From: a bacterium
GTDB taxonomy: Bacteria > Cyanobacteriota > Vampirovibrionia > Gastranaerophilales > CAZEDP01
Assembly (NCBI GenBank): GCA_043797105.1
Contig: JAZDPZ010000050.1
Location: 10,623-74,622, forward strand
Length of the DNA: 64,000 bases
Reading direction: 5' to 3'
The notes below the pieces were generated by a model that worked only from the letters and a program-made list of their open reading frames with translations, was not told where the DNA came from and searched no databases. The translations under genes and the position numbers were made by a program. This document shows, in pieces, positions 1 to 11,500 of this stretch. The first letter of the stretch is position 1. Each line of letters begins with the position of its first letter.

Positions 1-251
1 AGATATTTCAGTTCATCCTTTAAAGCTTCCGGATGGTATTTCACTATTCTAAAAAGGTTTACAAGTCTGCCGTCAAGATCGTTATAAATCTCAAGATCAG
101 CCCATCTGTCTTTATAAAACAAGACCCAGTCTGCGCCTCCGAAAGGTTCTATATAAGACTGGATATTTGAGGGAACAAGCGGTTCTATTGTTTTTCTGAG
201 AAGCCGTTTACCTCCTACCCAGTTTAATAAAGATTTTTTATCTATTGTCAT
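1..251 (-). CDS. DNA adenine methyltransferase (Dam/D12 class), 5' part, runs off window
   Basis: Manual translation from ATG at 251: MTIDKKSLLNWVGGKRLLRKTIEPLVPSNIQSYIEPFGGADWVLF...IYNDLDGRLVNLF (W-x-GGK, YIEPF-x-G and NDLD motifs). Not in the ORF track. Confidence 0.88.
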   Translation of the reverse strand, partial: MTIDKKSLLNWVGGKRLLRKTIEPLVPSNIQSYIEPFGGADWVLFYKDRWADLEIYNDLDGRLVNLFRIVKYHPEALKDELKY

Positions 252-1014
252 TATTCTGCCTCCAGTCTTTTACTTTGCCGGGATTATAGCTCCAGCCAAC
301 GTCAGGTGCAATTTTATGTCCTGTTAAAGGGTCTGTATAAACTGTAATGGGTTTTAATTCTCCTGTTTTCTTGGAAACAAGCCTTAATTCTTCTGATAAT
401 TGACCCTCAGATTTGTCAATTCCCAAATTTCTGTCTTTAAGATTGTTATCTGATAAAGCTCGAACTCTGCATCTGCAACCCCATCCATTTGGCGGATAGA
501 ATGAATCCCAGAAGGGATCATTATATTTAAATATTCTTCCGTTTAATTGAGCGTGAGCAGGTCTTGTCTTTCTGTCCATCACAGCTATATATTGCCAGTA
601 TGGTCGATTATCCGTATTATCAGCCTGTTGTTTGTACCTGCCTGCCATATATGCAGTTTGAATGTTCGTTCTATATATAATTTTTAATCTCCAGACTGAT
701 CCAAGCTGAATAACATCTGCTCCTGTATCATTACCGACTACAACCCTGCCCCACCAGCCTTTATTTTTAAGTTTCGGCTCAAGTTCCTTTTTAAACTGCC
801 GGAAAGTCAAGCCTTCTTGCATGGTTTTCTCAATAATTTCTCTAATATCCCTTAAAATATCTTCTCTCAAAACTTTTGCTACGGTAAATGATCTTGTATG
901 AGCTTCCTGCCAAATATCCTGCCAGTTCCATGAGTACTTAAATCCTTTGGTCTTAAGAAATTTTATGGCTAACTCAGGAGAGAGGCTTATCATATATTTT
1001 AAATCAGGCTGCAT
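238..1014 (-). CDS. Phage head morphogenesis protein (Mu gpF / SPP1 gp7 family)
   Basis: RLKIIYRTNIQTAYMAGR, YWQYIAVMDRKTRPAH, YPPNGWGCRCRV. The likely start is ATG 1014; the ORF track extends it to 1041. Confidence 0.9.
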   Translation of the reverse strand: MQPDLKYMISLSPELAIKFLKTKGFKYSWNWQDIWQEAHTRSFTVAKVLREDILRDIREIIEKTMQEGLTFRQFKKELEPKLKNKGWWGRVVVGNDTGADVIQLGSVWRLKIIYRTNIQTAYMAGRYKQQADNTDNRPYWQYIAVMDRKTRPAHAQLNGRIFKYNDPFWDSFYPPNGWGCRCRVRALSDNNLKDRNLGIDKSEGQLSEELRLVSKKTGELKPITVYTDPLTGHKIAPDVGWSYNPGKVKDWRQNNDNR

Positions 1015-1969
1015 TAATCCTCTCCTCCGCCATTTTTGCATAATCAGGATTAAGTTCTATTCCAAGCCAGTTTCTGTTTAATTTTTTTGCTACTAATCCT
1101 GTAGTTCCGCTTCCCATGAAAGGGTCAAGGACTATTCCTTCTTCAGGACAGCCTGCTTTTATTGGAGTTTCGATTAATTTTGGAGGATAAATAGCAAAAT
1201 GAACGCCCTTAAAAGGATGAGTCGATATATTCCAGACCGTTCTTTTGTTTCTACCCTTGTAATCAGGGTCATAGAGGATTCTTTTTTGAAAATTCTCATA
1301 TTTTTCCTTGGTCATACCCTGATAAAACTTGCTTTTATTTTCGTGAACCCTGCTTTTCGCTCTTTGCAAGGTTGATTCTGTTATAGGTTCAAACTGTTGG
1401 CTAAAATAATATTTTTTACTTTTTACAAAGAAGAATAAATACTCAAAATCAACGGTAAAACGATCTTTAACACTATGTGGCATAGCGTTTGGTTTTTGCC
1501 AGATTATGACATTACGCATAATCCAGCCCCTATTAATCATTTCAAGAGCAAATCTAAAGGGAATTAAAAGCAGACTTTTGTCAAATTTTCCTCTTGAATG
1601 AGCAATTTTTGGCATATAGCTTAAATCATTGGGTAATATTGAATTTTTGCCTTTAGTTTGTTTTGCATAGGATAATCCAAGACAGCTTCCTCCGTAAGTA
1701 TCGCCAAGATTGACCCAGCAGGTTCCTGTGCCTTTTAAAACTCTTTTAACTTCGTCAAAAATGTCACAGAGATGCTTTATATACATATTAAAATCAGGTT
1801 CTAAGCCTAGTTCACCCTGCCAGCCATCGTTCCAGATAACAGGATTTGTGGCATACTGCCTTAATGCCCAGTAAGGAGGAGAAGTTACTACACAATCAAT
1901 ACCTGTATCAGGCAGTGTTTTAAGAATATTTAAGCTGTCACCACATATAATTTTGTTAATCAAGTCCAT
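1004..1969 (-). CDS. N4-cytosine/N6-adenine DNA methyltransferase (beta class)
   Basis: Catalytic VTSPPY near the N-terminus and SAM-binding DPFMGSGTT near the C-terminus. Confidence 0.92.
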   Translation of the reverse strand: MDLINKIICGDSLNILKTLPDTGIDCVVTSPPYWALRQYATNPVIWNDGWQGELGLEPDFNMYIKHLCDIFDEVKRVLKGTGTCWVNLGDTYGGSCLGLSYAKQTKGKNSILPNDLSYMPKIAHSRGKFDKSLLLIPFRFALEMINRGWIMRNVIIWQKPNAMPHSVKDRFTVDFEYLFFFVKSKKYYFSQQFEPITESTLQRAKSRVHENKSKFYQGMTKEKYENFQKRILYDPDYKGRNKRTVWNISTHPFKGVHFAIYPPKLIETPIKAGCPEEGIVLDPFMGSGTTGLVAKKLNRNWLGIELNPDYAKMAEERINAA

Positions 1970-3459
1970 TATCTTTCTTTATTGTCAACAGACGTGTCCT
2001 CAAAAGAGAGGCTTAGCCTTCCCCAAACTTCGCTTATAAAAATAACTTTTCGCAAAGTTTCTTCTATTTGCTTTGTGTTTAAACCTTTTTCGCAAAGTTT
2101 TTCCTGAATTTCCTCATAAGAATTACTTTCATTAATGAGGCTTATTATAGGTTTTAAAATAATTTCAGCCTGTTTTTGCAGTTTTTTATCAGAAAAAGAT
2201 TCGATAAAATCATCAATAGCCTGCTGATCAGGAAAGTTATTCTCTGCTTGCTTAAATTGATTAAATGCTGATTTTGATTTATTAATAGGCTGTTCGACAG
2301 AATGAGTCTGCATTTTTGCCTCTGGCACTTCTATATCTTCCTCTTCAAAACCGTACGTTTTCATAAAATATTCCTTTGTAAACTTAACCCCTGTTTCAGA
2401 AAGAGTTTTATCTCGCTGAGATAGAGCAAGATCAACATCTTCTTCCTCATACATTTCAAAGACAGGAATATCCTTTTCATTTAAGTTAATTTTATAAATC
2501 CACTGAATAAGCTGATTTAAAGTTCTTTCCACAAGCTTTTTATCTGTATCGATAATATCTTTTCTAACATCCATATGTGTTTTAGAAGCGGCAAAACTTC
2601 CTTTATCTCCCAGCTCAGTGGTTAAAGTCTGTCCTAGAATTGCTTTTGAAATCTCTGCATTCATTTTATCTATTAATTTTTCAAACACATCAGCAGAAGA
2701 AGCCTTTGCAGCTTCCATGATTTCAACAGAACTATCATCAGGAATAACGGCAATTGCATCCTGCACCATAGCTTCGAGCATATCGGCAAGATTGTCTGTA
2801 TCTTCTTTATTTGTGCCTCTTGGATGCTTGCCGACTAAAAATGGCATTCCATATTTCTCTGTAAATATTATCCAGAACTTAAGACCGCCTTTTTTAAATG
2901 CAACAGTCCAGAATACTCTTGATAAAGTTCTTTCTCCATAAGGATTTTCATAGCTCGGGTTAAACTGAGGACATAGAAATTTTCTATCAGGCAGGTCCTC
3001 ACCATAATAGTTCTCTTTAGTTCTGAATTTTAGCCTGTTATCATCGTTAAAACAGAACCATTCCGGAGGTTTAGCTTTTATTTCAGAAGGAAGAATGAAA
3101 TTACCTTGTTTTTTCCAGATAATTTCCAATGGCTGAAAACCAAATAATGAAGCATTTAGTATTTCTGAAATAAGTGAATGCAGGTCAATTGACTTAAAAA
3201 AATCTTCAATAAACTGTGACTGTTGAGTTTTATCTTTGCCTCTATTTATCTCCCATTCAAGAGATAGAACTCCTGATTTTCTTGACTGAACACAAGCCCA
3301 TACGTGCGAATCGCATAACAGCTCTTTATAAACCCTGATATCCTTGCCCTGCTTCTTTAAAACCGGATCAGGATCAGGCAAGATCATTCCAAGAGAGTAA
3401 AAATTGTATGATTTTTTGCGAGTTGCTATTTCATTTGCAATGGATTTTTTTTCTTCCAT
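1969..3459 (-). CDS. Mu gp29-like portal protein (DUF935)
   Basis: LPDPDPVLKK, FKKGGLKFW...EKYGMP, ISKAILGQTLTT. Confidence 0.9.
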   Translation of the reverse strand: MEEKKSIANEIATRKKSYNFYSLGMILPDPDPVLKKQGKDIRVYKELLCDSHVWACVQSRKSGVLSLEWEINRGKDKTQQSQFIEDFFKSIDLHSLISEILNASLFGFQPLEIIWKKQGNFILPSEIKAKPPEWFCFNDDNRLKFRTKENYYGEDLPDRKFLCPQFNPSYENPYGERTLSRVFWTVAFKKGGLKFWIIFTEKYGMPFLVGKHPRGTNKEDTDNLADMLEAMVQDAIAVIPDDSSVEIMEAAKASSADVFEKLIDKMNAEISKAILGQTLTTELGDKGSFAASKTHMDVRKDIIDTDKKLVERTLNQLIQWIYKINLNEKDIPVFEMYEEEDVDLALSQRDKTLSETGVKFTKEYFMKTYGFEEEDIEVPEAKMQTHSVEQPINKSKSAFNQFKQAENNFPDQQAIDDFIESFSDKKLQKQAEIILKPIISLINESNSYEEIQEKLCEKGLNTKQIEETLRKVIFISEVWGRLSLSFEDTSVDNKER

Positions 3460-3594
3460 AAAATTGCCTGTTAAACTATTTTTAAATACCGTTTAAATTC
3501 CATTTAAATTTGCCTGTATTGAGTTTTTTGTGCTGGTTAGGTACAAAACTATGCAAAAATTAAAAAAGTGGTCTTAAATCGTCTTAGAAAATTT

Positions 3595-3663
3595 TTAATA
3601 ATTTCTTGTAATCTCATAACATTCTCTTTTCTGCCTTGTAGCTATATTTATGGGACCTGAATT
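3595..3663 (-). pseudogene. Probable C-terminal remnant of a Mu gp28-like terminase
   Basis: Start-less frame NSGPINIATRQKRECYEITRNY* directly upstream of the portal, where the terminase lies in Mu-like phages. Confidence 0.5.
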
Positions 3664-3878
3664 TCCTCTTCTTCATAATATTTCTTCTTGTATATTTCCT
3701 GAAATTCTTTTTCCAGAGATGACAAAAGTATTTCATAACTCTTTCCTCCTTGAGTAACAGTCTCACGGGAAGTATATTTACCTTTATTCAGAGCCAATCT
3801 TAAAGCTCTTGGAGTTATATCTTTTAATTTTGATAGAGTTTTTAAATCAATCCAGATATTTTCAGGATTCATAATCAT
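3648..3878 (-). pseudogene. Truncated MuA-like transposase (N-terminal DNA-binding domain only)
   Basis: WIDLKTLSKLKDITPRALR...GGKSYEILLSSL resembles the Mu-type HTH. Only 76 aa; first gene inside the element end. Confidence 0.65.
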
Positions 3879-4079
3879 TGCCTCTAAATGCTTTATTTAC
3901 TGTGTTATTGACAATGATAAATCTCTTGTTTCAAACTTCAAGATAATTTCCGAATTTTGTGTCTTTTTTGAATCAATTTAAAAAACAAAAGCCGGAAATT
4001 TTTGACTCAAAACAGCAGATAATATCTTAATCTTCCGGGTTTCTTCCGACTGTTTCCGTGTTTTTAAAAAATGCAAAAT

Positions 4080-4312
4080 GACCTAAACTACCTGCCATTT
4101 TTCTGCAATTGCCTCAATCCTGCGGCAGCCTAAGTTTTGACGATTTATTCATTCATTTTGGCTTGAACTAATTTTGCAGAAATCTGGCATTTTCTGCATT
4201 TTGACTTAAACTAAAATTTCCTATTTTTTCTTTAAAATTTATGCCTGAAAGCTAGATATTATCTAGCTTTCGCAATTTAACCTAAACTAAGCAATACGAC
4301 TTAAACTACCTG
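4080..4312. repeat. Five direct copies of RRCYTRAACTA (putative transposase-binding sites)
   Basis: Copies at 4080 (gacctaaactacctg), 4160, 4203, 4279 and 4298 (gacttaaactacctg); perfect inverted repeat gaaagctagata-t-tatctagctttc at 4247-4271. Confidence 0.7.
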
Positions 4313-4405
4313 AAAAACTATACTGGTTTTAAATGTATTTTGTTGAAAATAAATCCATATATTAAAACAAACACCTGCACCAAATATGCACCAAAGACAA
4401 AAATT

Positions 4406-4438
4406 AAAGAGGGTTCGATTTCTCGAAACCCTCTTTTT
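4406..4438 (-). terminator. Hairpin downstream of the tRNA
   Basis: aaagagggttcga...tcgaaaccctcttt. Confidence 0.65.
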
Positions 4439-4441
4439 ACT

Positions 4442-4518
<77 letters not shown>

Positions 4519-4698
4519 ATATTAGTATTCTTTAATAAGAGTATATTAAAAAATTATTTAATCTTTATTATTTTATAATAACTGATAAATATTGAATTGC
4601 AATAAAAGACCTTTAAATGGTTCAAATAAATTTATTATGAAATTTATTTAAGGATTAATTTCATCTGCTTAAAAATTATTCTTAGAGAATAATAAACG

Positions 4699-5772
4699 CT
4701 AAATGGCATCCTCTACTATTAGTTTATCATCCTCAAGAAATTTTTCAAGGTCAAGAATACTCATTACTCCACCATCTTCAAGCATTATTTCTGCGGAAGT
4801 ATATTTATTTTTTTCAAATTTAGCAGAAGCGCTAAGCCCCATTTTAATAGTTGAAATATTTACTATATCAAATACATCATCTACAACAAGCCCTATCTGA
4901 AAATTTTGTAGCTTTACCACAATAATCTTGGTTTTGTCAGTAATCTTGGTTTTAGGAATTTGTAAAAAACTCTTTATGTCAATAATAGTTATAAATTCAC
5001 CTCTAAGATTAAATAAACCTGTTATAAACTCTGGAACACAAGGAATAGGAGTAAGATTAATTAATTTTAATTTACAAAATTCTTTTACATATTTTAAACT
5101 AAGACAGTAAATCTCATTATTCAAACTAAAAGAAACAAAACGATTTTCCTGATAATTACTTTTATCAATATCTACTTTAATCTCTTTTTTAAGATTAACA
5201 GCTCTTTTTTTAAATTTTTCCTGTGATAACTTGTCTGTTGGAAAAAGATCAGCAGAAATATAGGTCGGACTTTTGAAAAGCGAATCAGATGATTCTGTCT
5301 GAATAGCTTTTATATTATTAACAATAATATCCAGATTTAAAAACGCAATAAGCGAATCAGAATTTTTATAAATTCCAGAAATAAATTTTTCACTTGATTG
5401 ATAAGGCAAAGGTTCAAGCTGTTCTTTATTAAACTGTATAACATCATTTACAGAATCTACAATTATCCCGATAATTTTTTCAGAATTATTAATTATTAAA
5501 ACCTGATGTTCTGTTGAATAAATAGTTTGCTGAATTCCAAGAAATTTTCGCAAATCAATTACACTGATAATTTTTCCTCTAAGATTCATCAAGCCTACAA
5601 TATATTCAGGAACTTTCTCCAGAATATTCAATTCAGGAAGCTGGACAATCTCAATTATTTGTTTAGCCTGAATAGCATAAATCTTTCCTGATAAACTAAA
5701 AGTCATATAAAGTTCAGATGTTTTTTCTAATTCCAGAGGAAAATCATTGAAAGTTAAAAACTTCTTTTCCAT
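4699..5772 (-). CDS. cheW: Tandem double-CheW domain protein
   Basis: Two GL(M/F)NLRG CheW motifs, each followed by GIIVDSV or GLVVDDV. Confidence 0.9.
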   Translation of the reverse strand: MEKKFLTFNDFPLELEKTSELYMTFSLSGKIYAIQAKQIIEIVQLPELNILEKVPEYIVGLMNLRGKIISVIDLRKFLGIQQTIYSTEHQVLIINNSEKIIGIIVDSVNDVIQFNKEQLEPLPYQSSEKFISGIYKNSDSLIAFLNLDIIVNNIKAIQTESSDSLFKSPTYISADLFPTDKLSQEKFKKRAVNLKKEIKVDIDKSNYQENRFVSFSLNNEIYCLSLKYVKEFCKLKLINLTPIPCVPEFITGLFNLRGEFITIIDIKSFLQIPKTKITDKTKIIVVKLQNFQIGLVVDDVFDIVNISTIKMGLSASAKFEKNKYTSAEIMLEDGGVMSILDLEKFLEDDKLIVEDAI

Positions 5773-5774
5773 AA

Positions 5775-7256
5775 TTAGTCTTCCCAGTGAAACTCAGCCC
5801 TGTTTCTACCACTTTTCTTTGCTGTATATAAAGCTTGATCCGCTCTTTTAAGCAATTCCTGATCAGTTTGAACACTATAGGTTAAAGTTGCAACACCTAA
5901 GCTTACAGTTGCTTTAATAATTTTATCTCCACAGATAAAATCTTCCTGCTCAATTTTTTTTCTTAATCTTTCAATAGGAATTACAGACTTTTCAAGAGTA
6001 GTCTCGGTTAATATTATTGCGATTTCTTCTCCGCCATATCTTGCTACATAATCAGTTTTTCGGAAAGAATTTTTTGTGATTCTGGCAATTTCTGCAAGCA
6101 CTTTATCTCCAAATTGATGACCATAAGTATCGTTTAAATTTTTAAAATTATCAATATCAAGCATAACAACACTTAAATCAGCTTTATATCTTTTTGCTCT
6201 GGCAAATTCTCTTTCAAAAGACTGTTGAAAATATCTTCGATTATAAAGATTTGTTAATCCGTCTGTTATTGCTAAAAGTCTTGTTTCTGAATAAAGCCAT
6301 CTTATTCTCATTAAGATTTTTAATTCTTCAATAGTTATATTAAAAATTCTTGAAGAAAAGAATTTATCAGGCGCAGTATGGTACAGGCAAAGTCCACCAA
6401 GCACTTTGTCCGAATAAATTATTGGAATAACAACCTTGGACTGAAAATCAGAAATCTGGTTAGCTGAACTATATTCTTCACCTGTTTTTTCAAATATTTC
6501 ATGCGCATATACATTTTCATCTTCATCATTTTCAAGATCATTAATAAAAATCATTGAAAAAAAATCTTTTTTAATCTCATTGAGTGTTTTTTCATTAATA
6601 TCAATGTTTTGTATGTGAAAATTAAGAATTTTTTCTTTTTTTTCATCTTTATCATTAAAAAAAAGACCCGCAACATTATAATCAAGAATTGAAGAAATAA
6701 GCATAAAGATTTTTTTATTAAAAATCTTTGCATTAAGCACATATTCAGATAAATTTCTAAATTCGTTTATAATAGTAGACTCTATTAATGACTGATCAAG
6801 AAGTTTATTAACGTTTGACTGAATACTTTGAGCTTCAAATCTTCTGGCATCAATAAATTTTTTTCTTTCTTCTTCAGAAATAGAAGAAACATTATTAAAA
6901 ATATTTTCTATTTCATTAATTAAAAGATCAAATTTTCCGTCTTTAACAATAAAAGTATTTGCTCCGGCTCTTATTCCCCAAAATTTGTCTATTTTTTCAC
7001 TAAGAACCGTGAGTAAAATTATTGGAATATTTTTGGTTAATTCATCATTTTTTAACAGTCTGCAAAGTTGGTAACCGTTAATTTCAGGCATAACAATATC
7101 TGAAACAATAAGATCAGGAAATTCCTGATAAGTAAGATAAACGCCTTCTGCTCCATTTTTTGCGGTTAATACTTCATACCCTGACTTTGAAAGAATTGTC
7201 TTTAGACTTGCAAGTTGGGTTAAACTATCTTCAACTATTAGAACTTTTTTCTTCAT
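5775..7256 (-). CDS. Response regulator-diguanylate cyclase (REC - linker/GAF-like - GGDEF)
   Basis: VLIVEDS...SDIVMP receiver domain; DGLTNLYNRR, RKTD (RxxD I-site), YGGEE. Confidence 0.93.
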   Translation of the reverse strand: MKKKVLIVEDSLTQLASLKTILSKSGYEVLTAKNGAEGVYLTYQEFPDLIVSDIVMPEINGYQLCRLLKNDELTKNIPIILLTVLSEKIDKFWGIRAGANTFIVKDGKFDLLINEIENIFNNVSSISEEERKKFIDARRFEAQSIQSNVNKLLDQSLIESTIINEFRNLSEYVLNAKIFNKKIFMLISSILDYNVAGLFFNDKDEKKEKILNFHIQNIDINEKTLNEIKKDFFSMIFINDLENDEDENVYAHEIFEKTGEEYSSANQISDFQSKVVIPIIYSDKVLGGLCLYHTAPDKFFSSRIFNITIEELKILMRIRWLYSETRLLAITDGLTNLYNRRYFQQSFEREFARAKRYKADLSVVMLDIDNFKNLNDTYGHQFGDKVLAEIARITKNSFRKTDYVARYGGEEIAIILTETTLEKSVIPIERLRKKIEQEDFICGDKIIKATVSLGVATLTYSVQTDQELLKRADQALYTAKKSGRNRAEFHWED

Positions 7257-7400
7257 AAAAACCTATATTCAAAAAATCATTGTTAACTTAGGATAAGTTG
7301 CATTATAATTATAGAATAAATTAATTATAGTACAAAGGTTATGTTTATAAAATCAAAATATTAAATTATAAAAATAAAGGCTTGAAATTTTTTGTGTTAA

Positions 7401-8492
7401 GTGAGGATAAAATTTATGTTTAAAAATTTAAATTTGGAAAAAAAAATTGAAATAAAAACCAGAATTATCCAGGTTATCTTTTTCCTGATTATTGTTGTGT
7501 CAGTATTTGGATTTTATAAAGAACAAAACCCCCAAATCAATTTAATAATCCCTATTGGTTTATTGTCAATAATAAGCATAATATTAACTGAATTATTAAA
7601 AAAATGGATCAGCAGCACAATTTCCAGTCCGCTAAATAAGGCTGTTAACCATACAAATTCTACTTCCAATGAAATTATTGAATCAACATCAAAACAGGAA
7701 ATTATAATAAGCAAACACTTGGAATTATTAAAAAATGCTGAAAATACAATAGAAAAATTAAGCAGTTTTTCTCAACAAACAAAAATAAGCGCTCAAAAAG
7801 TTGCGGAAAAATCACAGGAAGCGCTTATAATGTCAAGTAAAGGACAGGAAGCCGTAAAGGCAAATATTGAGAAAATGAGAACTTTAAAACAAAAAATAGA
7901 AATTATTTCTGAATCCAGTCTTGAACTAAGCGAACAAACTCAACAAATAGGCAGTACTATTGGAATTATTGAAGATATTACCGAACAGACAAATATGTTG
8001 GCTCTTAATGCGGCAGTAGAAGCAGCAAGAGCAGGAGAACACGGAAAAGGTTTTGCTGTTGTTGCAAGTGAAATAAGAAAACTTGCAGATGAAAGCAAAC
8101 AAGCTACCACAAAGATTGCTTCGCTCATTCGTAATATACAACAATCCACAAATTCAACTGTAATGGCTACAGAAGAAGGCACTAAAGAAATTGAGTCGGG
8201 TGTTGACTTGGCTCATCAAATAGTTAGAAGTATTGATGCCTTGCAAAATACTATTAATGAAACTGTTAACGCTGTTGAAGGAATTGTTAACGCCTCAAAT
8301 AATCAGTCAATATCTATGAATGAAGTATCAGAGGTAATTAATTCAATTAATCAAGGTATGATTGAATCTGCCAAAAATATTAAGCAAAATCTTTTAATGC
8401 TTCAAAGTCTGATAAATGTATCGAATTCTTTAAAAGAAATTGTTATTGGCAGTCCTGAATTTAAAGAATTTGAAAATTACAAAAGATTATAG
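7401..8492 (+). CDS. Methyl-accepting chemotaxis protein, short, with almost no extracytoplasmic sensor
   Basis: [34 protein letters not shown]; two closely spaced N-terminal TM segments. Confidence 0.93.
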   Translation: MRIKFMFKNLNLEKKIEIKTRIIQVIFFLIIVVSVFGFYKEQNPQINLIIPIGLLSIISIILTELLKKWISSTISSPLNKAVNHTNSTSNEIIESTSKQEIIISKHLELLKNAENTIEKLSSFSQQTKISAQKVAEKSQEALIMSSKGQEAVKANIEKMRTLKQKIEIISESSLELSEQTQQIGSTIGIIEDITEQTNMLALNAAVEAARAGEHGKGFAVVASEIRKLADESKQATTKIASLIRNIQQSTNSTVMATEEGTKEIESGVDLAHQIVRSIDALQNTINETVNAVEGIVNASNNQSISMNEVSEVINSINQGMIESAKNIKQNLLMLQSLINVSNSLKEIVIGSPEFKEFENYKRL

Positions 8493-8502
8493 GATATAAT
8501 AA

Positions 8503-11500
8503 ATGGATTTTCTCGAGGAAGAACTTGAAGAGATATTTAATATCTTTAGGGAAGAAAGCGAAGAACAAATACAAAAAATAAATCAAAATCTCCTCAAACT
8601 CGAAGCTAATCCTGGAGATGGCGCTGTTATAGCTGAATTATTTAGGGAAGCGCATTCAATTAAAGGCGCTGCCAGAATGATCGGTCTAAATGATATACAA
8701 TCTTTAGCTCATAAAATAGAGGATGTTTTTGGACTGGCTAAAGAAGGCAACTTGAAAATTGATGCTAAAGTTATTGATATTCTCTGTAAAACTGTTGATT
8801 GCATAGGTTCAATTGTTGAAAAATCTATAGAAACCAAAGGAGCTTATCATTCTCCTGATGTAGATGAAATAATTAAACAGATTGAAGATATTAAACAGTC
8901 TACAACGTCTAAAAAAAAGAAAAAAAATGAATTAAAAACCATTGATGAAAAAATAGATAAATCAATAGATAAACCGTATGAACCTTTTTGTAAAAAAAAT
9001 GCTGATTTAATATCTAAAATCAAAAAAAGTCTTAAAGAACTTAAAGAATGTTCTTCAGATACCAGTGTTATTTCTGAGCTTTGTAAGCTGATTTCTGAAA
9101 TGGATAATGTTGTGCAAGCCACTGATAATACTTATGAAATAAAAGAACTCATTCAGGATATTAAAGTAAAACTTGACGGGGTTGTTAAGGGAAGCGGTAT
9201 TTTAATTGAAGTCGAAATTGATGAAATAAATGAAGTTTTTGACAGCTTTATGAGAAATTTTGATACAGAACTTAATACTCTCAAATCTAATAAAAGATTT
9301 AATAATAAAAAACAGGTTAAACAGGAAACCGGCAAAAATCAGGAAGATAATGACGAATTAAAATCAAATCTGGATTATATCAGCAAAAATATAATATTAT
9401 TAAATGCTGAGGCATCCGGCACTTCCAAAATTATTGCCACTATAATAGATAAACTAAAAAATAGTATAAATACTTCTGTTGTAATAAAAGAAGAAGTAAG
9501 AAAAATTTTTGAAAAAGTGCTGGAATTAGTTCTTTTTTCAAAAGAAAATAACGTAAAACCTAACTCTGAAATTACGGAAGTAATTAAGCAAAGTTTTGAT
9601 ACGGCTGTTCAGATGATTACAAATGATATTACAGAAGATCCTAATTTAATAGTTCAAAGATTGGCTATTTTACATCAAATACTAAAATTATCTGAACCGG
9701 AAGAAAAAAGTAAAAAAGAGCAAAAAACAAATCTTTCACCCATAAGACAAAAAACTGAAATACTTCCAAAAGGCGAAATTCCTCTAAGTAAAGATATAAA
9801 TGATGATAATTATAATAAATCAACTGAAAATACTTTTGAAAATACCGCAATAAAAACTTTAAGAGTTGATACAAAAAAACTGGATCAGCTTGTCAGCCAG
9901 ATTGGCGAGTTGATTATTGCAAAAATTAAAACTAAAGAACGACTTTCAGAAATTGAGAAAATTATTCGCGCTATTGAAGATTGGTACAGAGAATTAAACA
10001 AATCCAGACGATTCTTTAGACATTTAGAAAAAAAACCTTTAAAACCAAATGAAATGCCGTCAGGCACTTCTTCATATTCTCAGAATAAAAGCGCTTATGC
10101 ATTTTTTGAAGATAGTTCAGCGCGAATCAGCAACTTTAAAAATCAAATGAGTATTCTTTACAAATCTATTCAGGAAGATGACGCGAAATTAAATTTAATA
10201 GTAAACGAACTTGAAGAAAGAATTAAAAGTATCAGAGTTTTGCCACTTGCAACAATATTTCACATGTTTCCAAGAATGGTAAGAGATATTGCAAGAGAAG
10301 GCAATAAAGATATTGAACTTATAATTTCCGGCAGTGAAACAAGTGTAGATAAAAAAATTATTGAAGAAATAAAATCTCCGCTTATTCATATAATAAGAAA
10401 TGCTATTGATCATGGAATTGAAAAACCGGAAATTCGTATAAAAAATAATAAAAATCCTGTGGGAAAAATTTTCTTATCAGCCTATCATCTTGAAAATAGC
10501 GTTCTGATCGAAATTATTGATGACGGCAAAGGTATTGATCTTGAATCTATAAAAAGAAAAGTTCTTCAAAAAGGTCTTTTAACTCAGGCAGAATTAAAAG
10601 CCATGAATGACGAACAAATTATGAATATTATATTTTGGCCCGGATTTTCAACAGGCGAAGTTGTTACTGATATTTCAGGCAGGGGTGTTGGTCTTGATAT
10701 TGTATATACAAAAATTACTCAGTTAAACGGCAAAGTAAATATTAAATCTACGATTGGAGAAGGGTGTAAAGTCTCTGTTCAGCTTCCTGTAACAATGGCA
10801 ACAATTAAATCTTTTCTTGTAAGCGTAAATAATCAAACTTTTGCTATTCCGACAAATGCTATTAAAACAGCTCTTTTGATTAAACCTGAAGATATTTTTT
10901 ACAAAGAAGGAAAAGAAACTATTATTGTTGATAACAAAACAGTGCCAATATACAAATTATCAGGAATTCTTGAATTGCCGGATCAAAAAAATAATGAGAA
11001 TAAAATAATAGTTATTATTATTCAGGCAGAAGAAATGCAGGTTGGATTTATTATAGATAAACTTTTAGGGGATCAGGAAATTCTTCATAAAAATCTTACA
11101 GCGCCGCTTTTAAGAGTTAGAAATGTAGCAGGAGTAACTACTCTTGGTTCAGGAGAATTATGCTTAATATTAAATATAAATGATCTGATAAAATCAGCCT
11201 GCTTAAATTCAGGCATTAATAAAAAACAACTTATAGTTAAAGAAAAAACAGAAAATATTAAGAGAAATGTTCTTGTAGTCGATGATTCTGTAACTACAAG
11301 GATATTGGAAAGAAACATACTCAGAGCAGCCGGATATAGTGTAGTTGTAGCGGTAAACGGTCTTGATGCCCTGACTAAAATATTGAACGATAAATTTGAT
11401 CTTATTGTTACAGATGTTGAAATGCCTGAAATTAACGGTTTTGAATTAACAGAACGTTTAAGACAGGATGACAAATTTAAAGATATTCCGATTATTTTAG

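Larger units (their letters stand above)
1..4322 (-). mobile_element. Decayed Mu-like (transposable) prophage, one end; continues off the window's left edge
   Basis: Mu gp29-like portal, gpF-like head protein, MuA-like N-terminal fragment, and repeated GACYTAAACTA motifs at 4080-4312. The end coordinate is inferred. Confidence 0.8.
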
